Assembly: GCA_051294375.1 (NCBI GenBank)
Contig: JBJCIZ010001233.1
Span: forward strand, 1-17,932
DNA from: Paraspadella gotoi
Taxonomy: Eukaryota > Animalia > Chaetognatha
DNA: 17,932 nt
Reading direction: 5' to 3'
Shown: one piece after another, positions 12,399 to 17,932 of the stretch
Layout: each line of letters opens with the position of its first letter
Position numbering within the stretch: position 1 is the stretch's first letter
The notes under the pieces: generated by a model
Told to the model about the DNA's origin: nothing
Database searches by the model: none
Seen by the model: the letters and a program-made list of their open reading frames with translations, nothing else
Made by a program: the position numbers and the translations under genes

Positions 12399-13293
12399 GT
12401 TCTCGGTAAGGTCCTTGCCCGTCTAAAGAGAAAGACGGTAGTCAGACAAGTAAACCTTCGCTTACCGAATGCCGAAAAAAGTGTTGGAGTTCCCGACGAT
12501 TTTCTCTCAACCAATTGCTTGCTGAGAACCGGCCATACGTACAAGAGAGACCGTCCGCCTGGCGGCGCGCAGCGGAGACAGTCATGAACAGGGTTGACCG
12601 TCACCTCCAAAAGCCTAAAGTTGTTTATTTTTAGCATCAACTCACAAAGCTCCGTCCGGGTCTAGAGACTTTTGAAAGTTGAGGCAAAAAACTGTTTATC
12701 AAAAGCGAAACAATGTTAGGGGCCAAACTATGCTAAAATATAAACAATCAAAGAGAGATAATCTATTATTTTTACTTCCTACTCTAATTGCCGTCTCTTC
12801 TCCTAGGCTATCAAAAAAATGACAAAGCTGAATAAATACAAAAATGCTGGACAGATCCGGGGAGAGTTCCTGAAGCCAGTGGGTGGTTGGCAACACCGCC
12901 TCCGAAGGACTGGCTTTCCGTTCGTTCCGTCTGTTTCTGTCGGGACGAACACGCCTTTGGCGAGCGTTGGTTGTTTGTCCTCCTCTCGCTTAACCAAGAG
13001 ACCTTCACCTTGACTCAACTTCACCTTTTTCTCAACTCCTACGAAAACGAATCTGAAAAGAAACTAAAAGAAAACTTTGAAATTTAGTGGGTTTAGAAAC
13101 CCTAAAATACTAAATAAATCGAAAAAATATTAATTTTTCTAAAAACGAACAAAGTATTTTTAAAAATATTTTTTTTTCTAAAAAATACTAAATATTTCTT
13201 ATCGAAAAATTGGCCGTACCCCCGCCAACGACACGGAGAGGAACGAACCTGTTCGTACAAAAAAGAAAAAAAATTTTTCGAAAAAATTTAGCA
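12399..13293 (+). repeat. ~0.9-kb duplicated unit, copy B
   Basis: Direct repeat of 10556-11519, differing by substitutions and many 1-nt insertions. Both flanks differ from those of copy A. Confidence 0.92.
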
Positions 13294-13771
13294 AACAAAA
13301 TCAAAAAATACAAAGGGAGACTACACGTAGTTAAATTTGGTAATGCTTGGGGGAAACGGGGAAAACCGCAAATTTCAATCGAGCGTAACTGTCGCGAAGA
13401 TCTGAGGAAAAAGGCAGATGGGAAATAACCACTTTATCCGGAGACTAATCGAAGCCGTACGATCGCGTTGAAAATTGAAGGTTAACCTGCCGAAAACCAA
13501 ACACACAAAATAACAATATTACCCTAAAAATAAATATTTAATTAAACTTAAAAAATATTAAGAAAAAACGTAAGTATACATAATTATTTTTCAGAAATGC
13601 CCGCCGCACCAAGACCCAGCACGATCAACGCAACATTTCGAAATTCGTAGCCTCAGCCGGTATCGTCGTCACGATCCGAGCGTTCCACTACGAACCGGAA
13701 GTCATGTTCATCGTCGCTGAAACCGGATGTTAACGAGCATAAACACGAAAACAATGTCATGTAAATTTACG

Positions 13772-13809
13772 GCAGCCATCGACGATGCATCGATGCATTC
13801 GATGGCCGC
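13772..13809. repeat. 38-bp near-perfect GC-rich palindrome
   Basis: GCAGCCATCGA-CG-ATGCATCGATGCAT-TCGATGGCCGC: self-complementary apart from a 2-nt bulge and one mismatch. Confidence 0.85.
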
Positions 13810-14260
13810 GTGACCTAAATTCCTTTACATAAACAAAATTTCTAAAAATACCGATACTTGAAAAAGGCAAAAAATCGAGATATGAAATAAGGTCAAGTTA
13901 GTTAATCTTGTGTTAGCGAGAGAGGCTGGAACGGGCCGACTTTCCGCCGCACGGACAAGCCTCCCACGGACCTCCCCGCCAGCCCATGAAGGTAACACCC
14001 TCTCGACAATGTTCCCTTTAGCGAGACGGACGTCGACGCAAAAGAAACAAAGCGAGACTCCGTCCAAAGGCGCCCCCATGAAGGTCAAGGCCGACATGGT
14101 GCAGAAATGCGAAATAAACAAATAAATAAACGTAAAAAATTGATCAAAAATAAATACAGCTTTTGAAGAAGTTTGACGATACTGATATTCTACTTTGTAG
14201 CATTCAGGGGTATAAAACAATATTCTAAATGCAAATTTTAAAAAATACGATAAAATCGTT

Positions 14261-14439
14261 GGGTTACTTTTACTTTCGCCGACCGGGGTTAGGGTTAGTT
14301 TAAAGGTGATTTAGGGTTAAGAGGGTTTAAAGTTAAAATAATTAAATAATATTTTTTTTTATATTTTTTTTAAAAATAAATATTTTTAAATAGTTTTTCA
14401 AAAACCGCCAAAACCGCTGTCGCGAAAGTAAAATTAGCC
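14261..14439. mobile_element. MITE (~179 bp) with GG-starting 17-bp TIRs and an 8-bp TSD; Merlin- or Mutator-like
   Basis: Left end GGTTACTTTTACTTTCG versus right-end reverse complement GGCTAATTTTACTTTCG (15/17). Direct repeat AAATCGTT at 14253-14260 and 14440-14447. A related copy is at 17676-17847. The superfamily is inferred only from GG termini plus an 8-9 bp TSD. Confidence 0.8.
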
Positions 14440-14602
14440 AAATCGTTTTATGTAATTTTATTATTTATGGAATACATGCTTTTCATTTGTTGTTTACGCG
14501 CCACGTGACAAAAAATGGCCAATAAGATTTCCTAACCTGATCTGACTAAAGAACTAAACAATATATACAAAATGTATTTAAATATTTTTCTATCTCGATA
14601 GA

Positions 14603-15575
14603 TCATGAAATTAAATTTGAGAACAAAGTTACAAAATCTTTCTTTGTTTCAATGCATGGAAGAAGAGCACGAGACTTAATTCTGGCTGTCGCGGCGATCA
14701 AATCCGCTCACAGAATTAGTCAGAATTACATGCAGCTGACATTTCCTTAATCATTCTTTCAACAGACTGTGTATGACAATTAAACTTCGAAATAGAAAGA
14801 GGAACCATTAAAATATTTTCGATTTCCTGAATACTAAATGTATCTTTAAAAATAACCTCAGTAAAAATTAAATCATCCCATGACGTAAATGGTTTCAGAA
14901 TCGAAGTTGAGAGGAGGTTCAAAGAACGTGGCGAGTTATCTGCTCTCTCACTTCCCAGATGTTTAGCCGCTTTCTTTAGCTATCAGATGACGAAGGGGGA
15001 GTTCGTTGGTGTGGATCATGCACAACGACCACAGGCATCACCGTCCAAAGCAGTTGGCGATGGCCGGTGTTTACAGCGATAGAATCTCAGCCGATAACCC
15101 TTTAATGCAAATAGATTTACATTAAAAGTATTAAGAATGTTATAAATTTTGAGAAAGTAATACTTTAAAATAATCTGTTTAATTCACTCACAATTTGATA
15201 ATCACAATAACTTACTTTACACTGTTCACAATCCAATTTCTTCAATAAAGTTGAACAATGACGATGTGTTCTTGCTTCTCCTTCACTTTTTCCATTTACC
15301 TTCGTCGTATTTTATCATTTTTAGAGTTTCTACTTCTTTGCCGTCGACAATGCCAGGCGATGCATTGTCACGAAGCTCAGAGCGGATACGCTCGCGCACT
15401 CATCGAACCTTGTGAGGATCGATGGCCTGAGACTGATCCTCATCGGTGACGATGCCGTCGTCGCAATTGTGATGGTGGCGATCATCCTGTCAGATGCTGA
15501 CGGCCAACGATCGGTCTCGCGCGCCAAATTGTTGAGGCATTGACAATTTTCTGATTTTTCAAAAAAAAATTTTTA
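14603..15575 (-). pseudogene. Degraded hAT (hATm-like) DDE transposase with frameshifts, stops, internal deletions and a 41-nt intron
   Basis: Manual minus-strand translation across frameshifts gives: LNNLARETDRW..DRMIATI..DDGIVTDEDQSQAIDPHKVR*VRERIR; DGKEVETLKM (D codon 15343-15345); KQEHIVIVQ; a GTAAGT..AAACAG intron at 15215-15175; KIYNILNTFNVNLFALK-VIG*DSIAVNTG (D 15084-15086); CMIHTNELPLRHL (CxxH 15011-15022); FEPPLNFDS; CHTQSVERMIKEMSAAC (E 14758-14760); SVSGFDRRDS-RIKSRALLPCIETKKDF, with the stop at 14603-14605. Motif order matches hAT-type D-D-CxxH-E. The hATm subfamily assignment is from recalled consensus motifs. Confidence 0.88.
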
Positions 15576-15628
15576 CTGAAATTAAATTAATTTTAATTAT
15601 ATTTTAATTATTTTAATTGTTGTTTATG

Positions 15629-15790
15629 TATTTAGAGAAAAACAAAGTTTGTTTGTTTGAAAACAACGATTTTTCTTTATTAACATTGGGACATGTTTCG
15701 GCTCTTGATTTAAGCCTTCATCAGCGTTTGTTTTGGTTAAATAAAAAAAATCGTTGTTTTCAAACAAACAAACTTTGTTTTCTCTAAATA
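15629..15790. repeat. 162-bp fold-back insert: ~55-bp near-perfect inverted arms (15629-15684 / 15736-15790) around a 51-nt loop; probable Penelope-like element remnant
   Basis: TATTTAGAGAAAAACAAAGTTTGTTTGTTTGAAAACAACGATTTTT..TTAAC and its reverse complement. The loop carries a hammerhead core. Confidence 0.9.
15684..15730 (-). ncRNA. Minimal type I hammerhead ribozyme motif (Penelope-like element type); stem I poorly paired
   Basis: The minus strand reads caaacg-CUGAUGA-A-GGCUU-AAAUCAA-GAGCC-GAAA-CAUG-UC|ccaaug. The CUGAUGA and GAAA boxes are intact, stem II is 5 bp, the short stem III region ACAUGU is palindromic, and the GUC triplet predicts cleavage between 15690 and 15689. Confidence 0.75.
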
Positions 15791-16049
15791 GTTATTAATA
15801 AAAAAGTTTTTTCCTTTCACATTTATTTTTAAGTCAAAGAAATACACATAAATACACAAAATCACTAATACTAACATTTTATTGCATATTAACTATTTGT
15901 TGAATAGGCTGTTTATAATACATACAAGAGTATTTAGTTAAATATATTTAAGAAATTTAACTATATTGCTATTTAAAATATAAACCAAAAGTATATTTCA
16001 AATTCAATTAATTTAATTTAATTAATTCAAATTCAGTTAATTTTCTAAC

Positions 16050-16254
16050 CAATCGGATTTGCTTTTCCTTTGACCAGGGAAGAGTCAGTTTCTCTGCGAT
16101 AGAAATTAATATCGCCTAAATTTTCCGTTTCAAAATTTGATTCCTTGGAGATTGGGGGTGTATTTGTCGTCCCCGACACCAACGGCGAAGGGAGAAGGCG
16201 AAGAACACAGCGCGGACGAACTCTATGGCGGATGTCTTTGCATAATCCGATGTT
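16050..16254 (-). other. Possible upstream exon remnant of the transposase gene
   Basis: GC-richer block with a minus-strand polypyrimidine tract and acceptor (TCTCTTTCTCTCCAG at 16255) and a GTTAGA donor at 16049. It lies between the 5' TIR and the recognisable transposase. No protein motif recognised. Confidence 0.3.
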
Positions 16255-16275
16255 CTGGAGAGAAAGAGAGAGAAA

Positions 16276-16494
16276 GAGAATTAATAATCCTGTTTTGAGG
16301 ACAATATTAGTTTACTTAATAAAAACTGATTTAAGAAATGAAAGCGCCGCATTAAGATCAAGGAGGAGAATAATAATCTTTTTTTGAGGTAATAATTAGT
16401 TCACTTTATAAAAACCGATTTAAAAAGGGACAGGGCTGCATTAAGATCGAGGAGGAGAATAATAATCCTTTTTTGAAACACGAATAGTTTACTA
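16276..16494 (+). repeat. 89-bp subterminal tandem repeat, ~2.4 copies
   Basis: TAATAATC(C/T)..TTTTGA at 16282, 16371 and 16460. GCATTAAGATC.AGGAGGAGAA occurs twice, 89 bp apart. Confidence 0.9.
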
Positions 16495-16640
16495 CATAAA
16501 ATTAATTGGATTAATTTTTACAATGGACTAAGCAAAACCTACTAAAAACTAGAAAATACGGCATGGTGGCGGTAAAAAAAAATTTTTGTAATTTATGATT
16601 TTTTAGGATATTACTACATAATTTAATCTTATTATCATTG

Positions 16641-16733
16641 TTATGGTTTAAAATTTTTTTAAAATATTTAAATTTATTAATTATATGTCCATAGGCAGTA
16701 AAAAATGTTCAATCTTTTTATCACTCCACCCTA
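16641..16733 (-). repeat. Right terminal inverted repeat (5' end relative to the transposase)
   Basis: Ends ...CTTTTTATCACTCCACCCTA; its reverse complement matches 126-230. Confidence 0.85.
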
Positions 16734-17675
16734 TTGTGTAATAATAATAAAATTTAAAAAAAAATAAAAAAAAAATATTTTTTATCATAAATCTAATAAT
16801 ATCTAAAATTCTTGGAATATTTAATATGTTTAAAAAGGTAATTCAAAAAAATTTAAATATTATAATTTTTTAATATTTTTATAGTTTTTATATTAATGAT
16901 TAAATAATAATATAAAATTTTTATAATTAATATAAAAATGTTTTCTTTAATAAATAAATTATTTTTTTCTTTAAATTTTTTGACAAGTTTCTGGTGGTTT
17001 TAAAACTTATAACACTTGTAACATGAGATTAAGAATAAATTAAGATTAAATTTAAGTTAAGAACCGCTGACAATTTTTTTTTCATCATAGTAGATCATTT
17101 TCATTGAATAAAACTAAATTTCACGCGCGCTTTTTTCTGCCGTCATACATCGTCTTTAGACTTTACATCGCTTCATTTCGCTTTTTTTTAAATATTTTAT
17201 TTAAATTATTCAATGTTTTAATAGACTCATTGCGTATATCAAGAACATCAACTATATTTGTCACCTTAATATGATGACCATGTTTCTCATTTAGAATTAG
17301 AATCTTATTGAATTTTATTGTGCCTCCTCCTAGCGCCAGACAGTTTTTTAACTGTCAATCTTTTCCAAACTATCTACAACTATTCCGTAAGAAGCACGAC
17401 GCCTACGCTGCTTAATCTTGTTAGGATGCGACGAAGGACGAAGGGACGGAGGACCAATTGAAATAATGAATGGTAATTATATATATTATCTTGTAAGTGT
17501 GATGGAGGCCTTAAACCACCAAAGCCTGTCCAAAGTCAGGGACAAGATAGCTTATTTATTAAATGATAGCATAATTTATTATTATTGGTATGTACCAAAT
17601 TTTCATATAATGTTAAATGGGCTATCATAAATGTAATAGTAACAATTTTACAAAATGTTATTTATATATCTTTAA

Positions 17676-17847
17676 GGGAGTTACTTTTACTTTCAACCGA
17701 CCGGGGTTAGGGAGGGGTTAGGGTTAAGCGGTACATTTAGGTAGTTTTTAAGGTTTAGAAGTAATTCTAAGTTAGGAGTGCTTTGGAAGATTGAGAGTAA
17801 TCTAGAAAATGTCGCCATTAAACCCGGTGGCGGAAAGTAAATTGGCC
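17676..17847. mobile_element. Second, diverged copy of the GG-ended MITE family
   Basis: GTTACTTTTACTTTC(AA)CCGACCGGGGTTAGGG at the left and GAAAGTAAATTGGCC at the right match 14261-14439. The interior differs and there is no clean TSD. Confidence 0.75.
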
Positions 17848-17932
17848 AATTTAACTGCCTTTATGATTAAAGGAACTGATCATTCTCATTAGCATTAATA
17901 AGCATTACCGTCTTCCTGCTATATCAGGATGA

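Larger units (their letters stand above)
126..16733 (-). mobile_element. Putative hAT-superfamily (hATm-like) DNA transposon, non-autonomous/decayed, with large internal cargo; assembled length inflated by a fold-back artefact
   Basis: Inverted termini: 126 TAGGGTGGAGTGATGAAAAGAT..TTTTTTTGCTGCCTATA versus the reverse complement of the end at 16733, TAGGGTGGAGTGATAAAAAGAT..TTTTTTACTGCCTATG. A transposase remnant lies ~1.2-2.1 kb inside the right TIR. The 8-bp flanks (ATGGTCAC / TTGTGTAA) do not match and three gaps intervene, so single-element status is an inference. Confidence 0.55.

Noticed and set aside
10556-13293. Direct repeats interpreted as the two LTRs of an LTR retrotransposon or TRIM
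   Set aside because: No TG..CA termini, PBS, PPT or TSD, and no gag/pol motifs. An unsized gap separates the copies.
14285-14298. TTAGGG motifs (also 17703-17726) as true or interstitial telomere
   Set aside because: Only about two units, embedded at the same position in a TIR-bounded MITE.
15258-15449. Plus-strand 63-aa ORF (similarly 16145-16387)
   Set aside because: Antisense shadow of the minus-strand transposase remnant or its upstream region.
17418-17630. 70-aa plus-strand ORF or small host exon (TTGTTAG..GTAATT)
   Set aside because: Short, non-ATG start and no recognisable homology; the splice-like signals alone are insufficient.

Overview
AT-rich eukaryotic scaffold window with three N-gaps. 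The very short GT-AG introns suggest a nematode-like invertebrate, but the taxon cannot be proven from the sequence. No intact protein-coding gene, rRNA, tRNA or CRISPR array is supportable. Main contents: (1) Matching ~100-bp terminal inverted repeats starting TAGGGTGGAGTGAT at 126 and 16733 bracket almost the whole window. Near the right TIR lies a decayed, intron-containing minus-strand DDE transposase (14603-15575) with hAT/hATm-type motifs (DGK..TL..QEHI, IG*DS.AVNTG, CMIHTNELPLRHL, CHTQSVER). No TSD is visible. (2) A ~9-kb noisy fold-back (about 1412-5935 inverted against 5942-10426) is most likely two passes of one unpolished long read, i.e. an assembly artefact. Part of it recurs as clean sequence at 10452-11582. 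(3) An 18-bp minisatellite and a ~0.9-kb unit duplicated with different flanks, which carries minus-strand intron-like signals. (4) A 162-bp hairpin in a putative transposase intron, whose loop holds a minimal Penelope-type hammerhead ribozyme core. This is the most interesting biological signal. (5) Two copies of a ~175-bp GG-ended MITE with TTAGGG/G-quadruplex motifs, one with an 8-bp TSD. (6) An 89-bp subterminal tandem repeat. All alignments and translations were done by eye.
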